NCBI GenBank assembly: GCA_009602735.1
Contig: WELA01002297.1
Coordinates: 681,619-715,567 of the forward strand
Direction of reading: 5' to 3'
DNA from: Mesotaenium endlicherianum
Taxonomy: Eukaryota
DNA: 33,949 nucleotides
Shown here in pieces: positions 1 to 11,738 of the stretch. Every line of letters starts with the position of its first letter. Positions within the stretch are counted from its first letter, which is position 1. The position numbers and the translations under genes are program-made. The notes under the pieces are model-generated. The model worked only from the letters and a program-made list of their open reading frames with translations, ran no database searches and had not been told where the DNA came from.

Positions 1-344
1 AATCATAAACACAATGCAGTTAGTGAAGTCATGATATTTTGCCGTTACTGAGTGCCCTTGATGAAGAGGGACGCGATCAGGAGAGTTCCAAGAGTGGAAT
101 ACCTGGTGTGAGCGAATATAAGGAAAAATTGAGTTGGACAGCAAGTGAGTGTGAGCGCAGGTTGAGTGGGTAATATGGTGATCAGAGACTACCACTCCCT
201 CCAACTTAAATTTAAAGGTGGGCTGCCTGTCACAACTGTCACTAACTGTCACTTCTCCTTCCAACTTATATGGAGACAGGACCTCCTGTCACCTTCCCGT
301 GTCAACGGAAACGACTGTTAGGGAGGTGCCCCAGCCGCCCGAAG

Positions 345-506
345 GTGGAACCGTTTCAACGCCCCTTTGGCATGGGTCAGCTGATCTTTAAATTCCCAAG
401 TGTCCCCAGAGGCATCGTAACCCTTCCATCGGATGAGGTACTTCATGACATATTTAGACGATCGACGGACCGAGCGAGCGTCTAAAATCTCATCGACCTC
501 ATACTC
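345..506 (-). other. Group I chromodomain at the integrase C-terminus
   Basis: EYEVDEILDAR...KYLIRWKGYDASGDTWE retains the Y/W/Y aromatic-cage residues. Confidence 0.9.
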
Positions 507-3500
507 CGCAGGATCGCCGTCCCGGACAGCGGGGACCGGTCCCGGTTGGACAGGTAACCGACCTGTGAACAGTGTATCACCTTTGATGTATGGTTCCAGG
601 AAGGAGACATTAAAGACCGGGTGACCCTTGTAGTCAGCTGACATGTTCAGTTTGTAAGCATTCTGACCGACACGACGGACCACCGAATATGGACCGACCC
701 AGACAGGGCCAAGCTTTTTCTTGACCACACCAGGGAGGTACAGGTGCTGAGAATGCAGTTTGACTAAATCCCCCTTGGAAAATGTCAGTTCCCGACGGTG
801 TTGATTAGCGTATTTTTGTTGGTTTTCTTGGGCCGTGTGCAAGTTTCGTTGGACTTCTGACAGGGTGTCAGCAAACTCCTGAGTTAACTGGAGGGAGACC
901 GGGTTGTCAATCCCTTCAGGGTGAGTTAAAGATTCCCCTAGCACATCTAGAGGAGACTTAGGGACTCTACCCAGGCTGAGTTCAAAAGGAGTTTTGCCCG
1001 TTGACGCGTGCACCGCACTGTTGACCGCAAACTGAATTTGAGGCAACAGGTCATCCCAATTATCTTGTTTTTGGTTAATATATGCTCTCAGCACCTCCTG
1101 CAGAACTCGGTTAGTTCTTTCAGTCTGCCCATCAGTCTGAGGGTGGTTTGCTGTGCTGAGCAGCTGTTTGACTCCCATTAACCCCATTAAAGCTCTCCAG
1201 AACTTAGAGGTGAATTTTGAGTCTCTGTCTGAGATGATATTAGAAGGGAGCCCATGTTGGCATACTACATGGTTGTAAAACTGTCTCGCTGTTTCGAGTG
1301 CAGTCACTTTGACAGTTGTGGGGATAAAAATGACCATTTTTGTCAGTTTATCCACGACTACCAGTATTGAATCATGCCCGTTGGCAGTTCTTGGTAGTGA
1401 GACCACCCAGTCCATGGATATAGTTTCCCAGCGTCCCGCTGGGATGGGTAGCGGTTGCAAGAGACCTCCGGGTGGTGTGTGCCGAGACTTATTTCTCTGA
1501 CACTGGTCACAGGACTTGACATATTTCAAGACCTCCCGGGGTAACCCCTCCCAATGATAATGTTTTGCCAGTTTGCCAACAGTTTTGGCCTGCCCCAAAT
1601 GTCCACCCAGGAGACTGTCATGAGCTTGACTCAGTAAGAGAGACCTTATTTCCAAATTATTAGGAATGACCAGCTTCAGCCTGCCTGAAGTGGTTTCAGT
1701 CACCCAGACCCCTCCCTTGAGCTTATACCCGAGTGCGGTAGCACGACACATACCAGTAGTGGGGCTGGGCTCAAATGTTGGGTCAGAAAGGTAGGCTTTC
1801 CTAAGTTGTTCAAGGAAGGACTTTTTCACCTTTAGTGAAGTGAGTGCACACAGGACTTTATCTACAGCATGCTGACTAAAGTTCCTTTCTTGCAAGTCAG
1901 GTCTTCTAGAGAGTGCATCAGCAGGATTCAACTTCCCTGGTTTGTAGTCGATCTGGACTTGGAACTGCTCCAGCGTCTGGCTCCAGCGGTTCTCCCTCCT
2001 CGACAGCTTGGACTTCTTCTGAAAGTGGGTCAGAGCTAGATGATCTGTAATCACCTTAAAAGCTTTACCATGTAAGTATGCTCTCCACTGTTTGAGCACA
2101 TGAATGATAGCTAGCAGTTCCTTATCATGCACTGAGTAATTAATCTCTGCTGGATTAAATTTCATAGACTCGTACAACACAGGGTGCCACTCCTGCCGTA
2201 CCTTACCATCCTTTGTGGTTTTGTCAGCAGGCTGCAACAAAATAGCACCCATGGCAAAATCAGAGGCATCAGTAACCACCTGCACCGGTTTGCTGGGGTC
2301 ATACACGGCTAGCACTGGGGCAGAACAAAGGGCATCTTTAAGGGTCTGGAAGGCAGCCTGCTGCTCTTCCCCCTACACATACCCAATGTCTTTCTTAGTA
2401 AGGTCAGTCAGTTTACTGGCCTTTGTGGAATAATTCTCAATAAATCTCCTATAGTAGTTAGCCAACCCGAGGAAGGATCTAACTTCAGAGACAGACTGTG
2501 GTACTGGCCAGTCCCTTATGGTCTGAACTTTCTTAGGATCCACATCGATGCCCTCTTTACTGACAACGTGGCCTAAGAATTCAATACTTTCTTTAAAGAA
2601 ATCACACTTGCTCATTTTAGCATATAAGTGATTNNNNNNNNNNNNNNNNNNNNNNNNNNNNNNNNNNNNNNNNNNNNNNNNNNNNNNNNNNNNNNNNNNN
2701 NNNNNNNNNNNNNNNNNNNNNNNNNNNNNNNNNNNNNNNNNNNNNNNNNNNNNNNNNNNNNNNNNNNNNNNNNNNNNNNCTGAAAATGTCATTCATAGTA
2801 CCTATAAAGGTAGCAGGAGCATTAGTCAGTCCAAATGGCATCACGTTGAACTCATAGTGTCCATAACGTGTGCGGAAAGCAGTCTTGTGTTCATCCCCCT
2901 CAGCAATTCTGATTTGATGATAACCACTCTTGAGATCTATCTTACTGAACACCTTAGCGCCAGACAGGGTATCAAGCAAGTCCTCGATTCTGGGTAAAGC
3001 ATACTTGTTCTTTACTGTAATTCTGTTCAGGGCTCTGTAATCCACACACATCCGCATACTGCCATCCTTTTTCTTAACAAATAGGATAGGTGCGCCGTAC
3101 GGTGATTTACTGGGAGAAATGTAACCATTTTCCTCCAGCTCTGCAATCTGTGTTTTCAACTCCTCGCTCTCCAAATAAGACAAGCCATAAGTGCGTTGCC
3201 AGGGTGGCTGGCTACCAGGTAATAGATCAATCCTATGATCTACTTCCCTTTTAGGGGGTAGTCCTGGAGGCATGTTAAACACATCAGTGTACTGAGCAAC
3301 AATTTTTGCAGCAGTAGGGTGCTCCGGAGGGCTTACCTTTTTCTCAACCACTTCTTCAGGTTGAGGAGGTACCTCTCTTAGCAGCAGACAGAACATTCTG
3401 TCTTCCTTCTGGTTCCAGCTTTTGACGAACTCCATTGCATTCAGCAACTTGCATCCTTCTGGAAGCCTCTTCTTTTCCTTCATTTGCCATCCACACAGGA

Positions 3501-4119
3501 CAAGAGGAAGAGCACTGGTGGGTGCCAAGTCAGTCTGCCCATCACTGGCTCCTCTCACTTTAACTGTACCTCTGCTCCAACACACTTCAGCTTGATGTCT
3601 ATTAAGCCAGGACCTGCCTAGCACGAGATCATAAAAGCCAGTGTTGAGTACCTCAAATGTAAGCGTTTCAGTTAGAACTGCAATGCCAGAACCTAACTGG
3701 ACCTCAATAGGCTTGGTTATAACTCCTCCCGGGATACTTGAGGCATCTCCAAGGAATATTTTTCTATTCCCTTGGGTGACAGTAGGCAGCCTTAGCCGCT
3801 TAACTAAGTCCTTGTGGATAAAAGTATGTGACGCCCCTCCGTCAACAAATGCCCTCACCTTCCTACCTGCAATCATGCAATGCAGTAGGATAGGGGGGAC
3901 TGTCTTTTCCTGACTTTCGCATTGTTCTCCTGACGTAGCAAAGAAATGTTGGACATCAGGTGGAACAAGAGCATCCAGAGTGTGCACTCTCTGGACGTCT
4001 ATATTACTGATGGTCTCCTTTATCTGTTTGTCAGGCATGCATAGTGAATCCAGTTCAGCAGGACCCATAATACCTGCTACGAGGGCAGCTAGTGACGACT
4101 CACTATCTCTAGCATCCTC

Positions 4120-4161
4120 ACAGTCAGTAGACTGGATTACTGACTGTTGCTGTCTTTTAAA
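4120..4161 (-). promoter_or_regulatory. Putative -1 programmed ribosomal frameshift signal (gag-pol)
   Basis: T TTA AAA heptamer (4161-4155) in gag phase, a 7-nt spacer, then a perfect 10-bp stem ACAGTCAGTA/TACTGACTGT with an 8-nt loop (4147-4120). The -1 frame is open from here into pol. Confidence 0.8.
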
Positions 4162-5615
4162 GGCTGGTCTTTTCTCTCGACCTTAGGCAGGTGCTTGACC
4201 GGACACTGTTCTCTGTAGTGGCCTTTCTGCTGACAATGGTAGCAAGTAGATTTTGCTGAGGCTGGTCTCGGCTTAGTCCTACCACCACCCCTTCCATAGC
4301 CACCTCGAGAGGGACCACCTCTACCTCTAGACTGAATAGCATTGTACTCATACTCATATTCATCACCCTGATTATCCTCAGCCTGGTCTCCTTCAACTGC
4401 ATTGTAGGAACCGTGGGGCTTTTTGACAATCTTAGACACCAAAGCGTTACTCTGGCGCTTGTGATTGAACTGCTGCTGATCCCAGGCGTCAGCATCCTGG
4501 ATCAAGTCAGCCAGTTTCTCATACTTTTTCTCAGCAAAATGACCAGAGACCTCGGATTTCAAGCCATACCTGAAGTATGCTATCCTATACCGTTCTGGCA
4601 AATCAGGCTGCTTCATCATGTTCTCTTGGAACTTTTGAGCAAACTCAGCAACTGAAGTGGTCTGCTTCAGTGTCAGGGAGATCATCGCATAGATAGCTTT
4701 CTCCTGCTGGTTGATGACATCAAACTTCTCATGCAACTTCTCGACAAACTCTACCCACGTAGGGTCACCGAGTTGCCGAGCCTTACGCTCTTCCTTCCAG
4801 TAAAGCCACCAGTCTGCGGCACTGCCTTTCAGTAGCGCACCGGTGTGCCTGACCTTCTCGTAATCTTGCAGTTCTGGGTAGTTCTCCAGCCACTGCTCAA
4901 CATCCGCGAGAAACTTGATCAGGTAATATTTTCTGTTTCCCTCAGGATCATAGTCCTGGGGAGGTTTCGGCTTGGGCTTACTAGGCCCTCGGCCACCACC
5001 ACTAGTGGTGTGAGACCCCAGTTGGTCTCTGTCCCGGAGTAGGGACATTATGATTCTTTTGTCCTCCTGCTGGGACTGATACATGGTCGCCATTTGCGAC
5101 TGCATCTGAACGAACAATGCTCCCAAGTCTACATTTTGGGGTGGTAGATTAGCAAATGCAGCAGCAGCATTGGCATCTACTCGCTGAGTAGTGTCCTCAA
5201 CAATCCCTCTTGCTCCTGCAGCAGCAATTCCTGCCGCATTCAGCCGGTCACGTATTTGACCTAGGGGTACATTGAGTTGTACGGCAGGAGGTGGGTTCAG
5301 AACATTGGCCCTTGATGCCATAAGTTCTTCAACAGTGCGCTCGTCAGCTGGCTGTCCTTCCCTCCTTTGTATATCTTCAGCGGCCTTTGCTACTTGTTCA
5401 GCTTCTAGTCTGGCTATCTCCTCCTCAGCTTGCTGAGCTGCGACTGAGGCAATAGCAGCTGCCTCATCTGCAGCCTCCCTAGCTGCAGTATCCGCTACTG
5501 CTTCCGAATAGGTACGGTTTCCCGCTACATGGCTTTCCGCCTGGTTTTCGACATTCTCGTTATCCTGGTTCTCCATGTCTCGGGAGTTGCTAGTTTGAGA
5601 CCTTGTCCTTACCAT
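4137..5615 (-). CDS. gag: Retrotransposon Gag (492 aa)
   Basis: Intact ORF starting 22 nt after the PBS. Capsid-like region LKGSAADWW...[14 protein letters not shown]...SVAEFAQKF, an RGG-rich stretch, and zinc knuckle [14 protein letters not shown]. Confidence 0.93.
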   Translation of the reverse strand: MVRTRSQTSNSRDMENQDNENVENQAESHVAGNRTYSEAVADTAAREAADEAAAIASVAAQQAEEEIARLEAEQVAKAAEDIQRREGQPADERTVEELMASRANVLNPPPAVQLNVPLGQIRDRLNAAGIAAAGARGIVEDTTQRVDANAAAAFANLPPQNVDLGALFVQMQSQMATMYQSQQEDKRIIMSLLRDRDQLGSHTTSGGGRGPSKPKPKPPQDYDPEGNRKYYLIKFLADVEQWLENYPELQDYEKVRHTGALLKGSAADWWLYWKEERKARQLGDPTWVEFVEKLHEKFDVINQQEKAIYAMISLTLKQTTSVAEFAQKFQENMMKQPDLPERYRIAYFRYGLKSEVSGHFAEKKYEKLADLIQDADAWDQQQFNHKRQSNALVSKIVKKPHGSYNAVEGDQAEDNQGDEYEYEYNAIQSRGRGGPSRGGYGRGGGRTKPRPASAKSTCYHCQQKGHYREQCPVKHLPKVERKDQPLKDSNSQ

Positions 5616-5636
5616 ACAAAGAAGACTGTGATAACT

Positions 5637-5648
5637 GCTCCGATACCA
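5637..5648 (-). promoter_or_regulatory. Primer-binding site for initiator tRNA-Met
   Basis: TGGTATCGGAGC on the minus strand matches the plant tRNA-iMet PBS TGGTATCAGAGC at 11/12 positions; the mismatch is compatible with a G:U pair. Confidence 0.9.
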
Positions 5649-5649
5649 C

Positions 5650-6370
5650 TGAAATGAATCGACTTACCAAATAGGCGATTAACAATTAATAAAGATCTTT
5701 ATATCAGCAAGTAATCTTTATGGTATTTTCCGTTAACTGGTTAAACGGCAAAGGACAACACACTAGCAGTGAATAATACTCGTAAGTCAAATGCGAGTAA
5801 ACTAGCATCAATAATGCAAATCAGTAAACTCATACATAAGCAAGGTTAGAAGACAGTGCGTATCAATGGCTTCTCGCCTTGGATTCAGATCTCTCTCAGT
5901 AAGCTGTACAAGAGAGTTGGCCTCGTTTCCGAATGCCGAACTCGAGAGCAATGTCTAGCATATGTACATGGAATGAGTTTACTGTTCAACGGTCAGTGCG
6001 ATGGCACCGCCTACCCGGGAGTTAACCACGTTGGTAGGACCTCGGTTAACCAAATCCACCGCCATCTCCCATCATCCCGAATCGCCATCCATCATAGGGA
6101 TGTCATGTGGCCATTCATCTAGCATACCACACTTAGATGCATATCAAGGCAGTTCGCTGCTACCGAGTACGGAAGTCAGCTGGCTGTCAAAGAATGTGTC
6201 AGCAAGCTGACTTAAGGTGGCCTCAGCCTGCTACTTCCGGCCAAGTCATTAAACTGATATTAAGTATAAAGTCTAGCAGACTGATTATTAACTAGAATTC
6301 AGCAGGCTGAACTTATTTAACTATATTATTTAAATGAATATTATATCGACCAGTATACTGATTCATTACA
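5650..6370 (-). repeat. 5' LTR of the chromovirus (721 bp)
   Basis: Minus strand starts TGTAATGAATC (6370) and ends GATTCATTTCA (5650): TG...CA termini with an 11-bp terminal inverted repeat (1 mismatch). One nucleotide separates it from the PBS. The flank at 6371-6375 (+ strand CCTGC) is the predicted target-site duplication. Confidence 0.9.
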
Positions 6371-7266
6371 CCTGCGCCTTGCTAGCAGACAATTGCTTAG
6401 CATCCGGGTACGGACAATCTCTCTTCTGATGTCCCGATTTCCCGCAATTCCAACAGCCCTCTGCTGTCTCAGCAGTGTTGGCGTGCTTAGCAAAACTATT
6501 GAAAGACCCGCTCTACTTCTTTAATTGAAAATTAGAGCTATTGACCTTAGGCTGAAAGGATTCCTCCTTTTTCTCAGGAGCCATAAACGTCCTAGAAACC
6601 TCCTTGTACCAGACTTTACCTTCCTCGACATTGCGTGCTATTTCAGCAGCCTCGTCGATGTTCCAGTTGGTTCCGCGTTTCGCAGATAGGTGCGGCCTGA
6701 CCTCCCGATCTGTCTCTACCCAGACACAATAAGAATTTGTCAGCCACAATCCTAGGCTCATAGATTCCTGCCTTCTTGGCAAGGTCTCCCAATTTGGATT
6801 TGACCTCCATCTCTGTCTCGTTCTTCTGACGGACAAAATGCACATATTGGTGCACCTTAAGACTGCGATTCTTTAGGAATTTTGCTTTAAGCAACTTAAA
6901 GAAACGACGCAGATAGTGCTATCACCATGCTGCTTTTGTAAAAGGTGCAGCCCTGCGCGTTACTCGTTCCTGAGCATTGGCAATCTTTTCAGACAATTCT
7001 GCACACACTTTGCGCAATTCTGCGACAGACCCAGCATCATCATCTCGAGTAGCCGCTCGCTGCTGACCCTCGGTGAGTTGTCTCATGGCATCCGTTAATT
7101 CTTGTGTTAGTGCAGCTAAGTCTACGCTCTCAACAGGTGCAGCAGGTATTGCTCTTCCTGATGACAAAGCGAACAGGCGGACTTTCGCAGCCTCTTTTTG
7201 GACTTTTAAATCCCTGTCCTTCTTTTGCTCGTCAAACGCCTATTCCTGGGTAAGGTTCTCATCTAT
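6371..7266 (-). pseudogene. gag: Decayed gag of an older retroelement, interrupted by the chromovirus
   Basis: Joining ORF pieces 7167-6922, 6894-6643 and 6845-6513 through in-frame stops and one frameshift gives a gag-like protein (VRQKNETEMEVKSKLGDLAKKAG...DKFL). It ends in knuckle CWNCGKSGHQKRDC (6455-6414), 43 nt before the younger LTR. Probable start ATA (formerly ATG) at 7266. Confidence 0.75.
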
Positions 7267-8038
7267 AGTGAAACAGATAGATAAAGTACTTAGTAAAACA
7301 GAATACTTTATCTATTCAAGACAAGGATCTTTGAACACAAGTGGTAGCTTCTTGAAAGAGAGATGGCTTCTTGAAAGTTAATATGTTTCTGGATTCTGGC
7401 AAGTACAAGAGTGATTCTGGAATGTCTTTCTATGTTCTAGCTCTTGTTTATATACTTGCTACATAAGTAATTTCTAGGAAAGTGTATGTTGATGTGTTGG
7501 CACCCAACACATCCCAAAACTTGCCACCTCTTTCTAGAATAATGTACACATGTCCTTTTGACCTAAAAATGGCACATTTGACTTTTGCCACATGGAGTTC
7601 TTCTAGGTCTTTCCTCTAACTTCGAAAATGCCTTGGAAGGTTCAAAGGACATGAACCAAGTTACTAGAGTACCTATTCACACTTGACTCCACACAATACT
7701 ACTCCAAATATATTTGAAAACATTAAAATATATGTAAACTAATATATAATAACTCAAATCACTACATCATCCTTCCGGAATTGGCGAGAAAGCAACAAGG
7801 CATCCTTGTCCAAGTATTGAACCAAGCTTATAAAAGCGACTGACTGAGTGTAAGAAGAATAATTTCGGATTCTCTGAAAGAAATCAACCCAATAGATCTC
7901 ATCGAACTCTTCGAAAGAGACTACTTCCACCAATTTGTCCACTAAAACACTTTGTAGACAGCTTGAACTTAGGATTTTCATCCTTATTATCACCAGTCAT
8001 TTCGAATGGTGACCAAGACTCAGTGACTTTACCCCACG

Positions 8039-9630
8039 CGTCGTGCTCTCTGCCCAAATTGGGTACAAAGGCTTGCGCGTTATACGGATTCTCACCGTTC
8101 GTGGCAGTATGGCGAGACTCGTCTCCCGACAGTTGCTCACTCCACAGGTTATCTGTGCGCTCAGATGTCTCACTTCCTCGTGGACTCTAGCTTGAATCAG
8201 AACCTTCCGCAGGCTCCACAGGGTAGTAGAGTCTTCCACTTCTCAACCGCATGTACAGTTGAATTTCTCCAGGTCCCCTTCCAGGTTGAGCACCGGCAGC
8301 CCTCACAGGCCTCAATCCCCAATTTGCTTGGGAATTTCTATTCACCTGAACCACAAAACCCAAGTTCTCAAAAGTAGGACGGAAGTCTCTTACTTCCACA
8401 TAGACTTTATGCCTCAAGGTTCTTGGATTCACAGGCGAGCAAATTGTAGTTTGCAGAAATCACACTCTAAGCAGCTTGACATACAACGTCTGATTCAGAG
8501 AAAATCGCTCGTCAGGCTTTTGCTTAACTTTCACAAAGTCACAGCTTCCAAATCTCTGAAACTACCCGTCTATGCTGGCCTGGGTCAAGCTCTTCACTTA
8601 ACACCGCGCCTTAACAACTCTTCACTGCCAGGCTAGGCTCACTCAGTTCTTCACTGAGAGCTTTATCTGCCAATACTACTCTCTCTCTTCGAGATGCCAA
8701 TGCGACTTCTGAGAACTTGGAAACTAACACACAACTCAATATTTTGAGGCTGCTTCACACACACTTGTGGCGTTCGGCCGAATCTGTGCTAATCTCCTAG
8801 CAGATTCTATTAGCAGTTCTCTTACTTTCAACAGTGAGATTCACTCTTGGGAACTCCTACAATCCTGACTTATCTATGATACACTGAGAAGAATCTTCAG
8901 CGTCGGCAGAAGCGTGGGGCCTCGGCTCTCCAATGGCCTTGGGAACTCCTTCTTCTTCTTTGCGCCCTTCTTCTCCTTCCTTCTGCTCCTTCTGCTCCTG
9001 CTGCTTCTTGGCAAAAGTGCGTGAGAGTGAATGACATGTCTCAGGCAAGATTCGTGCCTTTTGCAGGCACCACACAGCGTCATCTTCCGAGAATGCCGTG
9101 CTTAGTCACAAAGCTTAGCTGCATGTCGCTTCTGCCTAGCCGTGCTCAACTCAAGCTCGTAGTCGCTCAGCATGCATGCACACCTCGTGACTGTCGCGCG
9201 TGGCTGCTTAGCTTCTCAGCTGGCAGTCACGCCTAATTGGCTCATGGCTAAGAACTCCTGAGCGGCGTGTACAAGCAAATGTCACTTGCTCAAGATTCCC
9301 AACCGGGCGGCCGTAACCTATCTTGGCATTGCGGCCATGACCTGGCTTAATCTGCCAGTCACACAGTACCTGACTTGGTACCTGCTGGGCGGCGCATCAC
9401 TGATCCCCAGCTTTTAACCTTGCGGCTGTCTATGCTGTCAAAACCTCCCCCATCCCTGGGTGTGGGGCACATTGACATTGACCCCTTGCCAGTGGTCTTG
9501 ACGCCGACATAACCGCTGACTGCGACGTAATCAGTCAAGTGGTCGGTGAGTCAACGTTGACATTCCGTACCTGGGTGGCCGTAGCTTGCGCTGCGCGTGC
9601 GGCACCGTCAAACGGATAATAGTCGCGACA
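8039..9630 (-). repeat. LTR-like interspersed repeat, copy 1
   Basis: Minus strand begins TGTCGCGAC (9630). Colinear similarity to 16065-17220, e.g. AGGTACGGAnnGTCAA..GTTGACnCACCGACCA, CACGCTTCTGCCGACnnTGAAGAT, GTGTTAGTTT..AGTTCTCAnAAGTC. The inner end (GCACGACG at 8039) is tentative. Confidence 0.55.
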
Positions 9631-10932
9631 TACCTGAAGCAAATCACGAAATTGGTCTACTTTCTGTGCGCCGAAGACAGTACGTACATGAACATCTTGT
9701 GACTGTTGATTCTCTCATGCACACCAACGACAGCGATAAGCCAAGACGGAACTCATATGAGCAGCATTGTACCGTAGAAACCAGTAGAAAGGACTTTAGT
9801 GTTGACGATACCCCACTTTTTAGGCGCGTTACAAAGTTCTGAAGGTTAATAACCCGATACGCTCAGCTAGCTATAACCTGATTCGCTTACGATGTTCGCA
9901 CGAATTAACGAGCCAGCACCTGGCTCGTGCAAGTTATTGTGTATATTATGCAGCCAAATCCCCGATCATGGCCGATCGGGCTAAATCCGGCAACTTGCAC
10001 GTTGCAGAGCGAGGCATAGTACCGAAGGCACTAGAAACTTGAAAGTGCCAGAAAGCATGGTCTTGAACTCTGGACCAGTCTGGAGTCTGGAGTCTGGACC
10101 GGCCTGGAGTGTTGAATAGCCTGTATCAGGCAGGTGGGCTGTCAGATCTGTATCGCATTTCAATTCCTTCGAAATTTGCAAAAGATTTTCCCATTGTGCG
10201 ACAGTGGTAGAGTCATTAATGACGAGGCAGGCCTTCCGGCCATGTCTGTCAGCCAGGTGTGAACAAAATCTTCCTAGAGCCCCTCATGCCTGGTACCGAC
10301 GCTCGAGAATAATTTAATATTTTATTTTTCGAACAAAGATGCATATATTCCATCTTGTTCTACCCTGGTTCCACCGCCTTATGCAATTATTTTATTGATC
10401 ATGCATAGTTGCCCATCGAAATCGTACCAGAGCGAGTATAGACAATACTTCCAACTGTCTACACGTGGTCACCCTGACTTCATATGATGACCACAGACTT
10501 TCAATGTCGAAAATGTCCCTGGTCCGTTATATACGTCTCAGAGACTGTTTATCGACTGTAAAATTTCGTCTTTGCCTATATGACCTGCTATGACCAGTTG
10601 ACTGAAATGTTTGCAATACATAACTTGCAGCCTGCAGGAACTTGTGACAACATGAGATTTGCTTCAAGGAATAGCTGAGCAATTTATCGTTGCTTGACCG
10701 CATTGGGCTACAATTTACAGTCCTATTCACAACCATTAAGCACGTCCTTCATTATTGTGTCGAACACCTTAAGTTGCCTTCCATGATATTCAAATGCGCG
10801 TGGGCTTTGGGAGGAGGATGTCGGTAGGAAATGATGGTCGTTTTTCTGGCGTCTGCTACAGACCACTCCAGTGCTCCAGAGTACGGAGTCCAGAGTCTAG
10901 ACTCCAGACTCTAGACCACTCCAGACCAGGCA

Positions 10933-11214
10933 CCTCGATTCGACAAGATTCGCGGATTTCGTAAAATTTCGGAAACATCCTCCGGCCTGCTCTGGGCGAC
11001 GGTCAGGGTCTCGAGAACACCCGACAAAATTTGGGATGCTTTTTTTAATGGCGTAATATAACATCCCACGACATGTTATTATAGGAAATTTGGAAATTTG
11101 GGATTTTACGCAACGTCCACTCGGATTGAAAAAGACATCCTTTTGTTTTTAGTCGGGTTTTTATTACATCCAAACTAGCAAAGAACAGCCAAAAGTTATA
11201 AATCGAGGAGTCTG
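10933..11214. mobile_element. MITE-like inverted-repeat element upstream of gene A
   Basis: CCTCGATT (10933) and AATCGAGG (11201) form an inverted pair. 11136-11214 is clearly similar to 18573-18649. Confidence 0.4.
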
Positions 11215-11738
11215 CTCCAGACAACTCACGTCCAAGTTCGAGGCCGACAGCTCACGTCCAAATCCGGCTCCGAGTACTTCGGCCTGCCCCTACTGCACCG
11301 TCTCACTATGCCTCACACGGTACTGGAAATACATCTACAATCATTACCTCCACCTGGTTTACCGTCGTTAGCTTTCGCACGTTCATTCCAGCCACCCTAG
11401 CTCGTCTCTGCTGTTTTTAGCTGGGCTCCGGGAAATTGGGGCAAAAGCTTTTGCGCCTCATGAGCCCCATGTACACAAGAACAAGTTCCGGACTTCAGAA
11501 CACAGGTGATTCTCTAGACCAAATAGCCAGAACAGGCATCGCCGTAGACTGCCATTATCTCATCCACCACTTAGTTTCTCAAGCTCATGTTCTTGTAATC
11601 GAGAGGGCTCTTGGCAAAAGTGAACCGAGCATAGTTCCACAGCATTCGAAACCAATTTACTTCAAGTGGTCTAAAGAAAGAAGGCACCCATTTCGCAAGC
11701 TGACGATATAGGGCAAGCAATAGTAAGGTTTGAGTAAG

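Larger units (their letters stand above)
318..4161 (-). pseudogene. pol: Pol polyprotein (PR-RT-RNase H-IN-chromodomain) with one in-frame stop and an assembly gap
   Basis: Protease [66 protein letters not shown] (YxDD falls in the N gap 2634-2779); RNase H TDASDFAMGA...DKELLAI...TDH; integrase HHCC (HDSLLGGH...CDQC), D-D-E core and GPY motif. TAG at 2375-2373 sits where Trp is expected, and the same frame continues as GEEQQAAFQTLKDAL. Confidence 0.92.
1..6370 (-). mobile_element. Ty3/Gypsy LTR retrotransposon, chromovirus; 3' LTR not in the window
   Basis: Order on the minus strand is LTR (6370-5650), PBS, gag with CCHC knuckle, protease, RT, RNase H, integrase, chromodomain. The RT-RH-IN order is diagnostic of Ty3/Gypsy. 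The left boundary is not visible. Confidence 0.95.

Noticed and set aside
48..105. Hammerhead-like arrangement (TGATGA plus hairpins)
   Set aside because: It lacks the CUGANGA...GAAA core in the correct stem topology.
2634..2779. Apparent frameshift in RT between ORFs 2617-4068 and 2373-2792
   Set aside because: It spans an N gap whose length is only an estimate, so no real frameshift can be inferred.
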